Shown here: positions 50,756 to 58,231 of the stretch, one piece after another | Layout: each line of letters starts with the position of its first letter | How positions within the stretch are numbered: position 1 is the stretch's first letter | DNA from: an uncultured Novosphingobium sp. | Lineage (GTDB): Bacteria > Pseudomonadota > Alphaproteobacteria > Sphingomonadales > Sphingomonadaceae | DNA length: 64,000 nt | NCBI GenBank assembly: GCA_964413885.1 | Contig: CAYPTU010000001.1 | Span: forward strand, 267,005 to 331,004 | Direction of reading: 5' to 3' | Program-made: the position numbers and the translations under genes | Notes under the pieces: generated by a model | What the model was told of the DNA's origin: nothing | Seen by the model: only the letters and a program-made list of their open reading frames with translations | Database searches by the model: none

Positions 50756-51748
50756 TCACATCACCGCCAGCTTCTGAGCCAGCTTGTAAGGTACCAAGTG
50801 CGTGTAACGCATCAGCATGCGTGGATCACGATGACCGCTGATCAGTGCAACCTCTGGCATACTCAAACCCATCTCAAAAAAGCGTGAAATGGCTTCGTGC
50901 CTCAGGTCATGGAAGTGCAGGTCTTTGATCCCTGTTTTGGCAATGATCCTGCGCCAACACATTTTCAATGCGTCTGAAGACACTTCAAAAACCAGACTGT
51001 TTCTGTGTGACTGCTTTTCCAACACGGCGATAGCGCCATTGGTAAGTGGAATAGTTCTGGCGTAACCATTCTTGGTTCGGGGTAAGTGGGCAGTGCGACG
51101 GTGCAAATCCACAAACCGCCATTCCAGTGAGAGAATTTCACCCCTACGCATTCCTGTTTCTAGAGCGAACAAAATCACGCTGATGACATCCACACGCCCC
51201 AACTCAGCCAATTCATCAATCAGCCTATCAAGCTCATGTTGAGAAACACGACGGTTGCGAGCATTGTTTAGTTTTGGCTTTCGGACTTTCGCTGCTGGAT
51301 TTTCCTCCAGCGCAAAGCCCCATTCATCAGCAGCGACATTTAGGGCGTGTTGAACCAGACCTAATTCACGACAGACCGTGCCAGCTTTAACGACCTTCAG
51401 TCGCTCATCTCGGTATCGGGCAAGATCGGTGACCGAAAGTTCTTCCAACGACAGGTCAGCCAAAGGCGCTCTCATCAGAGCTGCCAGCTGATAATGCTCA
51501 TTCAGCCAGCCGATCTTTTGAGAGCTTACCTCTTTTAGATAGCGGCTCAAAATCTCCCGTAATGTGACATTCCGTAAGTTCTGCGTTTGTCGCTTACGCT
51601 GACCAGTCTGTGTCGTGCGTTTCGCTTCCTCCTGATTAGCCCATGCGACCGCCTCAGCGTGTGAGGGGAAGGTTCGGCTGATTGCGGCGAAGCCTTTTCG
51701 GCGAATCTGAACGCAGTAACCGTGCTTTCTCTTGGCGATGGTTGCCAA
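50756..51748 (-). CDS. Tyrosine recombinase / phage integrase (Rci-like)
   Basis: Catalytic set intact: ETGMRRGE (R), TKNG (K), FHDLRH (HxxR), GH (H), RYTH (Y). Low GC; begins 186 nt downstream of tRNA-Val. Confidence 0.95.
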   Translation of the reverse strand: MATIAKRKHGYCVQIRRKGFAAISRTFPSHAEAVAWANQEEAKRTTQTGQRKRQTQNLRNVTLREILSRYLKEVSSQKIGWLNEHYQLAALMRAPLADLSLEELSVTDLARYRDERLKVVKAGTVCRELGLVQHALNVAADEWGFALEENPAAKVRKPKLNNARNRRVSQHELDRLIDELAELGRVDVISVILFALETGMRRGEILSLEWRFVDLHRRTAHLPRTKNGYARTIPLTNGAIAVLEKQSHRNSLVFEVSSDALKMCWRRIIAKTGIKDLHFHDLRHEAISRFFEMGLSMPEVALISGHRDPRMLMRYTHLVPYKLAQKLAVM

Positions 51749-51773
51749 CGCAAATGCCCGTGTTTTCGGTCAT

Positions 51774-51792
51774 TGTGATTTCGGTGTGATTT
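51774..51792. repeat. Short direct repeat upstream of the integrase (possible arm-type site)
   Basis: TGTGATTT at 51774-51781 and 51785-51792. Confidence 0.4.
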
Positions 51793-51899
51793 TGAGCATT
51801 TTTCACGGTGCGGAAACGCTGGGGAAGGGCGTGTCAGCAACCGTCTCGTCTGCTTATGGTCAAAGCAGAGTAACCGCTGATTTTCAGTGTGCTAGAAAC

Positions 51900-51925
51900 A
51901 AAAAACCCGCCGTTTCCGGCGGGTT
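51900..51925 (-). terminator. Intrinsic terminator after tRNA-Val
   Basis: Minus strand: AACCCGCCG-GAAA-CGGCGGGTT followed by a T-run. Confidence 0.85.
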
Positions 51926-51934
51926 CTTGGTGAA

Positions 51935-52009
51935 TGGTGGGCGTAGCAAGGATTGAACTTGCGACCCCTACGATGTCAACATAGTGCTCTACCACTGAGC
52001 TATACGCCC
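51935..52009 (-). tRNA. tRNA-Val(GAC)
   Basis: GGGCGTATAGCTCAGTGGTAGAGCACTATGTT-GAC-ATCGTAGGGGTCGCAAGTTCAATCCTTGCTACGCCCACCA; cloverleaf with encoded CCA. Confidence 0.97.
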
Positions 52010-52111
52010 GGCACCATTCAGGTTCCACCCGGGGCCGTCGCCCCGGGCAGGGATGCGCCATTAGCGAGGCTGCACGCGGGATGCAAGCCGCTTGATGTGC
52101 GAAATGTCAGA

Positions 52112-52486
52112 TCAGATCAGCGCCTGCGATGAATCGCCGAAAATCCGCTCTACTTCGAGCACAAGGTCGCGCAGGTGGAACGGCTTGGACAGGACCTTGG
52201 CCTGCGGCGCCTCGCGATTGGCTTTCAGGGTTACCGCAGCGAAGCCGGTAATGAACATCACCTTGGTCGCCGGGCTGATGTCGGCACAGCGCTGGGCCAG
52301 TTCGATCCCGTCCATTTCCGGCATGACAATGTCTGACAGCAGCAGATCGAAGTGCTGTGTTTCCAGCAGCGGCAGGGCTTCCGTCCCGCGATCGACGGAC
52401 ACAACTTCATAGCCTGCATTCTGCAAGGCCCGCGCCAGATAGGTGCGCATGGCTTCTTCGTCTTCGGCAAGGAGGATGCGGATCAT
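52112..52486 (-). CDS. cpdR: Single-domain response regulator CpdR
   Basis: MIRILLAEDEEAMRTYL, FDLLLSDIVMPEMDGIELA, VMFITGFAAV and LSKPFHLRDLV. Adjacent to tRNA-Val. Confidence 0.92.
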   Translation of the reverse strand: MIRILLAEDEEAMRTYLARALQNAGYEVVSVDRGTEALPLLETQHFDLLLSDIVMPEMDGIELAQRCADISPATKVMFITGFAAVTLKANREAPQAKVLSKPFHLRDLVLEVERIFGDSSQALI

Positions 52487-52612
52487 GCTGGGTCCCGGAA
52501 CTGCTGCAACGATTACGACCCCGCGCTCGTTACCGGCAAATCAGTTAAGATTCTGCCAGCACCGCCTTTCGCAGGTTTTGACACCGGGGCCCGAGCCCGC
52601 CAGCCTAGGGCC

Positions 52613-53563
52613 ATGCCGTCGCTACCCCCCGCCATGTTCGATTCGCCCGTCACTACCGGCGGAGAGATCCCCGGTAGCGGCGGGCAGCCGGCCTATGTCC
52701 TGCGGCAGAGTGCGGCATCGCGGGTGCCTGTGCTGGTGGCGGTCCCACATGCGGGCCGGGCCTATCCGGGCAGTCTGATTGAGCGGATGCGTCACCCGGC
52801 TTCAGCAGCCCTGCGGCTGGAAGATCGCTATGTCGATCTGCTGGGAGAGGCCGTTGCTGCGGCCACCGGTGCCGCCCTGCTGGTGGCGCAGGCGCCGCGC
52901 GCGATGATCGATCTCAATCGGGCGCCGCATGATGTTGATTGGGAGATGTTCGCCCAGGGCAAGCCCGACGCAATCGGCAGCTATACGCCCGGTCTGCGCG
53001 TGCGCAGCGGACTGGGCCTGATCCCGCGCCGCCTGCCGGGATTGGGTGAACTGTGGAAGCGGCGGCATGATCAAGGCGATCTGACCGCACGGATCGAGCA
53101 AATCCACGCGCCCTACCACCAATGTCTGGCCGATTCGCTGGCGCAAGTGCGGGAACGATGGGGAACCGCCCTGCTGATTGACCTGCATTCAATGCCACCG
53201 CTGGGGCAGCGTGATGGTCCGCCACCGGAATTCGTGCTGGGTGATCGCTTTGGCACCACCTGCCATGGCAGCCTGGTGGCCAGCAGTTTTAGCTATTTCG
53301 CCGCGCAGCGCCGGGTTGCCGTTCATAACCGCCCTTACGCCGGGGGCTATGTGCTGGAGCGTCACGCCGCACCTGCCGAAGGTATTCACGCCTTGCAGCT
53401 GGAGATCGACCGCTCGCGCTATCTGGATGCCCGGCTGGCTGAACCTGGCGCGGGATTTGACGCCATGGTTAGCGTCTTGACCGGCCTGGTAGAGCGGCTT
53501 GCCGTGGAGGTGGCCGGACTGGCTCAGGGCGAACGCAGCCACTGGGCGCAGGCCGCGGAATAG
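52613..53563 (+). CDS. N-formylglutamate amidohydrolase family protein (paralog 2)
   Basis: VPHAGRAYP, EDRYVD, RAMIDLNR, DLHSMP, VLGDRFG, NRPYAGGY and HALQLEIDR..YLD. Confidence 0.85.
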   Translation: MPSLPPAMFDSPVTTGGEIPGSGGQPAYVLRQSAASRVPVLVAVPHAGRAYPGSLIERMRHPASAALRLEDRYVDLLGEAVAAATGAALLVAQAPRAMIDLNRAPHDVDWEMFAQGKPDAIGSYTPGLRVRSGLGLIPRRLPGLGELWKRRHDQGDLTARIEQIHAPYHQCLADSLAQVRERWGTALLIDLHSMPPLGQRDGPPPEFVLGDRFGTTCHGSLVASSFSYFAAQRRVAVHNRPYAGGYVLERHAAPAEGIHALQLEIDRSRYLDARLAEPGAGFDAMVSVLTGLVERLAVEVAGLAQGERSHWAQAAE

Positions 53564-53569
53564 CGCCAA

Positions 53570-53680
53570 GAAAAAAGCCACCTCGCGGCAAGCACGAGGT
53601 GGCCTAGGTTCAGGGAGGAGGTGCACAGAGTGCACCACGCCCCGCCGGACCATGAGGGCAGCCCGGCAAGACGGTTATGA
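53570..53680 (-). ncRNA. Small RNA with CCUCCUCCC (anti-Shine-Dalgarno-like) motif, SuhB/alpha-r8- or cuckoo-like
   Basis: Minus strand: hairpin GGTGCAC-TCT-GTGCACC, CCTCCTCCC (53613-53621), terminator GCCACCTCG...CGAGGTGGC followed by TTTTTT. 5' end uncertain. Confidence 0.65.
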
Positions 53681-53727
53681 AGATATGCCTAGGCCGGGGC
53701 TTATGCAAGCCCCGGCATGATGCTTGA

Positions 53728-54519
53728 TCAGCTCTGGGCCTTCTGGATGTCTTCCAGCGAAACCGGACCCTTGCCTTCTTGCACCTGACGCGCAAACAGG
53801 CCGGTGATCAGGTCCAGCGAGAACAGGTGGGCGAAGATCAGCGCCAGCATCCCGTTCTGGTTCATCGTGCGCAGTACATCGCCGCGCAGATCGCGCAGCT
53901 TTTCCTGATCAACCATGCGGAAACCGCGGTAGATGAAGGGCTGGTCGAAGCCGGGCTGCTGGATCGAAACTTCCCCGTCCATCAGCAGGTCATGCTTGTT
54001 CAGTTCGTCAACGAACTGCTGCGTGCGCATGCCGGCTTCTTCAAAGTTCTTGCAGAAATCCAGCATGCCCTTGGTGGCTTCGCTGGGCTCTTCGCCGTCA
54101 AACAGCGGATTGCCTTCGTCGAACTCACCAACCAGATCGCTGGTCGGATCGAAGCAAAGCGAGAGCTCTTCCGAATCGGGCTGCAGCTTGGCCAGCATGA
54201 AGGGATAACGGCGGGCATAGGCCGGGATGTAAACGTTCTGGTCAGTCAGCTTGCCTTCGTCGTCGACGAACAGGTTGACGCCCTCGTTCAGACCCATCAG
54301 CGCCAGCGGCACCGGCTGGTCAGCCGAAGCGAACACGATCGGGAAATGGCGGCCGGCGTGGATGAATTCCTCGGCGGTCAGCGGCACGGCGTGCGCGCCA
54401 ACAAGCCAGATCGCCTGGTCGGTGCTGCGGCTCTTGTATTTGGTGTGATCCCGGCTGTTGAGCGGCATCAGGTCCTTGTAGAACAGCGGCAGGTTGGTGG
54501 CGTTCGGCGCGCTGGCCAT
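53728..54519 (-). CDS. SapC family protein
   Basis: AVPLTAEEF, FPIVF, PLALMGLNEGVNLF, YIPAYARRYPFML, YRGFRMVDQEKLRDL and IFAHLFSL. Confidence 0.88.
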   Translation of the reverse strand: MASAPNATNLPLFYKDLMPLNSRDHTKYKSRSTDQAIWLVGAHAVPLTAEEFIHAGRHFPIVFASADQPVPLALMGLNEGVNLFVDDEGKLTDQNVYIPAYARRYPFMLAKLQPDSEELSLCFDPTSDLVGEFDEGNPLFDGEEPSEATKGMLDFCKNFEEAGMRTQQFVDELNKHDLLMDGEVSIQQPGFDQPFIYRGFRMVDQEKLRDLRGDVLRTMNQNGMLALIFAHLFSLDLITGLFARQVQEGKGPVSLEDIQKAQS

Positions 54520-54577
54520 GCATTCTCTCCGAATTGGAAACCCGGGACGGAATGTTGCCGGGCCGAAAGTCGCGCCT

Positions 54578-56023
54578 TTAAGCGGTGTAGGGGGGCAGCG
54601 CAAGCAGCTTGCCCGGGTTCATCAACCCCTTTGGATCAAGCGCTGCCTTGACCTGCCGCAGCAGGGCCAGGGCTACAGGGTCACCCAGCCGGGCCAGCTC
54701 GTCGCGCTTCATCTGGCCGATCCCGTGTTCGGCACTGATGGACCCATGGGCGGCTGTGACCAGATCATGCACCCGTGCGCTGATCGCCTTGCCCTGGCCG
54801 TCTTCCCATTCCCCGCGCACCACGCCCGGCGGCGCCAGAACGTGAAAGTGGATATTGCCATCGCCAAGGTGGCCAAAGCCAAGCGCCTGCGTGCCGGGGA
54901 ACTCCGCCTCGATCGCCGGCGCTGCCGTGGCGACAAAATCGGCCATGGCTGCCACCGGAACCGAAATATCATGCTGCATCGCCGGCCCCTTGGCGCGTTC
55001 GGCCGGTGAGACCGAATCGCGCAGCGTCCAGAACGCTTCCGCCTGGGCTTCATTGGCCGAGAGCACGGCATCCTCAGCCAGGCCGCGGTCAAAGGCGCTG
55101 GCCAGCAGCGCTTCGGCCCGTTCGTCCAGGGTGGCCGCATTTTCGGCATCGGCCGCCAGTTCGATGAGCGCGTGCCAGGCGTGCGGCTGGCCCAGTGGAT
55201 TGCGCGCATCGGGCAGGTAATCGAGCACGGCTTCAAGGCAGGCCCGCGGCATGACTTCGAATCCTTCGAGCAGGCTGCCGGCAGAGGCTTCACAATGCAG
55301 CAACAGTTCGCGTGCGGCGTGGATCGAAGGTAGGCCGACCCAGGCCACGACCCGGTCAGCCAGAGCGGGTACCAGCTTAAGCGTGGCGCCGGTAACAATC
55401 CCCAGGGTGCCTTCTGCGCCGATGAACAGCTGCTTCAGGTCAAAGCCGCGATTGTCTTTCTTCAGCGGAGTAAGCGCCGAATAGACCGAACCATCGGGCA
55501 GCACCGCTTCCAGGCCCAGCACCAGCGCCCGCATCACGCCATGCCGCAGCACCTGCGTGCCGCCGGCATTGGTGGAGATCAGGCCGCCAATTGTCGCCGA
55601 ACCCTTGCCGCCCAGCGTCAGGGGAAAGCGCAGGCCTTCGGCTTCGGCTGCGGCGTGCAGGCTTTGCAGCACCACGCCCGCTTGGCAGGTGACCTGCCGC
55701 GCGTCTGTGTCGACCGGCGCGATCCGGTTCATCCGGCGCAGTGAAAGCAGGATCGCACGACCACTCGCGTCAGGCGTGGCCCCGCCCGACATGCTGGAAT
55801 TGCCGCCCTGCGGGACGATCGGCACATCATGATCCGCGCAGAGCTTGACCAGTCCGGCCACCTCTGCCGTCGTGGCGGGAGAGGCCAGGGCCAAGGCAGC
55901 ACCGGTATAGCGCCCGCGCCAGTCGGTCAGCCACGGTGTGACCAGATCGGTGTCGCGGGTTAGCCCGCGCGGGCCCAGCAGGGCGGCGGCTTCGGCCAGG
56001 AACGGATCGTGTGCGGGTGCCAT
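54578..56023 (-). CDS. FAD-binding oxidoreductase (D-2-hydroxyacid dehydrogenase, FAD_binding_4)
   Basis: PQGGNSS, ATIGGLISTNAGG, GAEGTLGIVT, HDISVP, GHLGDGNIH, SAEHGIG and DPKGLMNPGK. Confidence 0.92.
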   Translation of the reverse strand: MAPAHDPFLAEAAALLGPRGLTRDTDLVTPWLTDWRGRYTGAALALASPATTAEVAGLVKLCADHDVPIVPQGGNSSMSGGATPDASGRAILLSLRRMNRIAPVDTDARQVTCQAGVVLQSLHAAAEAEGLRFPLTLGGKGSATIGGLISTNAGGTQVLRHGVMRALVLGLEAVLPDGSVYSALTPLKKDNRGFDLKQLFIGAEGTLGIVTGATLKLVPALADRVVAWVGLPSIHAARELLLHCEASAGSLLEGFEVMPRACLEAVLDYLPDARNPLGQPHAWHALIELAADAENAATLDERAEALLASAFDRGLAEDAVLSANEAQAEAFWTLRDSVSPAERAKGPAMQHDISVPVAAMADFVATAAPAIEAEFPGTQALGFGHLGDGNIHFHVLAPPGVVRGEWEDGQGKAISARVHDLVTAAHGSISAEHGIGQMKRDELARLGDPVALALLRQVKAALDPKGLMNPGKLLALPPYTA

Positions 56024-56086
56024 GGCGCGGCTATCGCACGCGGGCAGGGTGCTTTCCAGCCCCTTGCAGCAAGCAGCACAAGCAGG

Positions 56087-56101
56087 TTAAGCGCGCGTTC
56101 A
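56087..56101. promoter_or_regulatory. Putative CtrA box (TTAA-N7-TTAA, 1 mismatch)
   Basis: TTAA-GCGCGCG-TTCA in the divergent intergenic region, 25 nt before ATG 56127. Confidence 0.55.
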
Positions 56102-56126
56102 AGCACGAGGGCTATTCACCAGGGCA

Positions 56127-56747
56127 ATGCAGCGATCCACCCTTTTCCTTGCGCATCTGGCGCTGGCGTTGACTGCGGGCGCGGTGGGCATGGCTGCAGC
56201 CGTGGCGGCGGAGGACAAGCCGGTCCTGCCGCATGAAACTCTGCCAGACCAGGGCAAGGCGCCGCTGGTTTCGATTCCGGCGCAGCCGTTGTCGAGGTTG
56301 AGCGAAGGCGGGGAGGCAATCCTGCCGGTGTTTCTGGACCAGTTCCGGTTGCCCAATGCCCAGCAGGTCCGGATCGAGCAGCGTGTCACCATCCGGATCA
56401 GTCCACGCCCGGCGCCCCTGCCGCTGGCAGCATCGGTAACAAACGAATCTCGCGATCTGGCGGCTCCGCGCGTGATCGAGCGCAAGATGGGCAAATGCGT
56501 GCCGCTCAATGCGCTGCTTGGCGTGCAATCGGGCGGCGGCAACAAGCTGGTGCTATTCCTGCGCGGTCAGCGGCTGGTCAGCGCTACGCTGGAAAAGGCC
56601 TGCCAGGGCCGCGATTATTACTCCGGGTTCCTGGTTGCGCAGCACAGCGATGGCCAACTTTGCGCCGATCGCGATGAATTGCTCGCCCGAAGCGGGGCCA
56701 AGTGCAAGGTTCAGGGCTATCGCGAATTGATGCTGGTTGAGGACTGA
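56127..56747 (+). CDS. Secreted hypothetical protein with a Cys-containing C-terminal domain
   Basis: Signal peptide, QVRIEQRVTIRISP, and KCVP...SATLEKACQGRDYYSGFLV...DGQLCADRD.L.ARSGAKC. Confidence 0.75.
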   Translation: MQRSTLFLAHLALALTAGAVGMAAAVAAEDKPVLPHETLPDQGKAPLVSIPAQPLSRLSEGGEAILPVFLDQFRLPNAQQVRIEQRVTIRISPRPAPLPLAASVTNESRDLAAPRVIERKMGKCVPLNALLGVQSGGGNKLVLFLRGQRLVSATLEKACQGRDYYSGFLVAQHSDGQLCADRDELLARSGAKCKVQGYRELMLVED

Positions 56748-56860
56748 CCGGGCCGATTTCTTGACTTTCTGACCGGTTTGCGCCTAGGGCCCGCTGAGCA
56801 GTGGCATTGTCACCATCAGGGTGGTCGAGCCACTCACTCTCTTCCGGAAATTCCCAGTCT

Positions 56861-58231
56861 ATGTCCTTTGCCGATCTCGGCCTCTCTCCCGAACTTGTCC
56901 AGGCAGTAACCGCCAAGGGCTATGACACGCCAACGCCGATCCAGGCCCAGGCGATCCCCTCTGTACTGATGATGCGCGACCTGATCGCGATCGCCCAGAC
57001 CGGCACCGGCAAGACCGCTAGTTTCGTGCTGCCGATGATCGACATCCTGGCCCACGGTCGCCGCCGGGCGATGATGCCGCGCAGCCTCATTCTTGAGCCG
57101 ACCCGCGAACTCGCGGCGCAGGTGGCCGAAAATTTCGAGGCCTATGGCAAGAACCATGACCTCAAAATGGCGCTACTGATTGGTGGCGTGCAGATGGGCG
57201 ATCAGGTCAAGGCGCTGAACGAGGGCGTGGACGTGCTGATCGCGACGCCGGGCCGCCTGATGGACCTGTTTGAGCGCGGCAAGATCCTGCTGACCGGCTG
57301 CGACTTGCTGGTGATCGACGAAGCGGACCGGATGCTCGACATGGGCTTTATCCCGGATATCGAGACGATCTGCTCAAAGCTGCCGACCGCGCGCCAGACC
57401 CTGCTGTTCAGCGCCACCATGCCGCCGCCGATCAAGAAGCTGGCGGACAAGTTCCTGACCAACCCCAAGTCGATCGAAGTGGCGCGTCCGGCTTCGGCGA
57501 ATGTCAACATCGCCCAGCACAAGGTGCCTGTCGCCTCGTCGCGCAACAAGCGCGAGGTGCTGCGCCAGCTGCTGCGGACTGACGATGTCGGCACGGCGAT
57601 GATATTTGCCAACCGCAAGACCACCGTGCGCGAACTCAACAAGAGCCTGCAAAGCCATGGCTTCTCGTCGGGGGAAATTCACGGCGACATGGACCAGTCG
57701 GCCCGCATTGCCGAACTGGACCGGTTCAAGGACGGCTCGATCAATATTCTCTGCTGCTCGGACGTCGCTGCTCGCGGGCTTGACGTGAAGGGCGTGAGCC
57801 ACGTCTTCAACTTTGACACGCCGTGGCACCCGGATGATTACGTCCACCGCATTGGCCGCACCGGCCGCGCGGGCGCGACGGGCCGCGCCTTCACGCTGGT
57901 TGCGCCTGAGGATCAGGAAGCGATCGAGAACGTCGAGAAGCTGACCGGCATGAAGATCCCGGTCTTCACCGTCGAGACCGGCAAAAGCGCCGACAAGGCC
58001 GAGCGTGCCCCGCGGGAACGCAAGGCGCGCGAAGAACGTCCGGCGCGCGAAGACACGCCGCGCCGGGAAGAACGCGCTCCCCGTGAGGAAGAGCCCCGCC
58101 GCGAGCGCGCCGCGCGCAGCGAAAAGCCGCGCCGTGAAGAACGCCCGCGCCGCGAGGAACGTGATCCGCCGAGCGAGCCGGGCGAATGGAACGGCCCGAT
58201 CCCCGGCTTCCTGGGAATTTCGGCGCTTTAG
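56861..58231 (+). CDS. DEAD-box RNA helicase with an R/E/P-rich C-terminal tail
   Basis: Q motif PTPIQ, AQTGTGKT, PTRELA, DEAD, SAT, ARGLD and HRIGRTGRAG. Confidence 0.96.
   Translation: MSFADLGLSPELVQAVTAKGYDTPTPIQAQAIPSVLMMRDLIAIAQTGTGKTASFVLPMIDILAHGRRRAMMPRSLILEPTRELAAQVAENFEAYGKNHDLKMALLIGGVQMGDQVKALNEGVDVLIATPGRLMDLFERGKILLTGCDLLVIDEADRMLDMGFIPDIETICSKLPTARQTLLFSATMPPPIKKLADKFLTNPKSIEVARPASANVNIAQHKVPVASSRNKREVLRQLLRTDDVGTAMIFANRKTTVRELNKSLQSHGFSSGEIHGDMDQSARIAELDRFKDGSINILCCSDVAARGLDVKGVSHVFNFDTPWHPDDYVHRIGRTGRAGATGRAFTLVAPEDQEAIENVEKLTGMKIPVFTVETGKSADKAERAPRERKAREERPAREDTPRREERAPREEEPRRERAARSEKPRREERPRREERDPPSEPGEWNGPIPGFLGISAL

Larger units (their letters stand above)
49730..51900. 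mobile_element. Degenerate tRNA-Val-linked integrative element remnant
   Basis: Integrase directly downstream of the tRNA, GC visibly lower than the flanks (26/60 in the line starting at 50941), and truncated cargo genes. No att duplication seen; left boundary uncertain. Confidence 0.7.

Noticed and set aside
49640-51934. attL/attR direct repeat of the tRNA-Val 3' end
   Set aside because: No second copy of TACGCCCACCA or its complement was found by eye in or around the island.
52545-52553. TTAA half-site plus GANTC in the cpdR promoter
   Set aside because: Consistent with known cpdR control in Caulobacter, but no full TTAA-N7-TTAA is present, so it is neither well supported nor novel.
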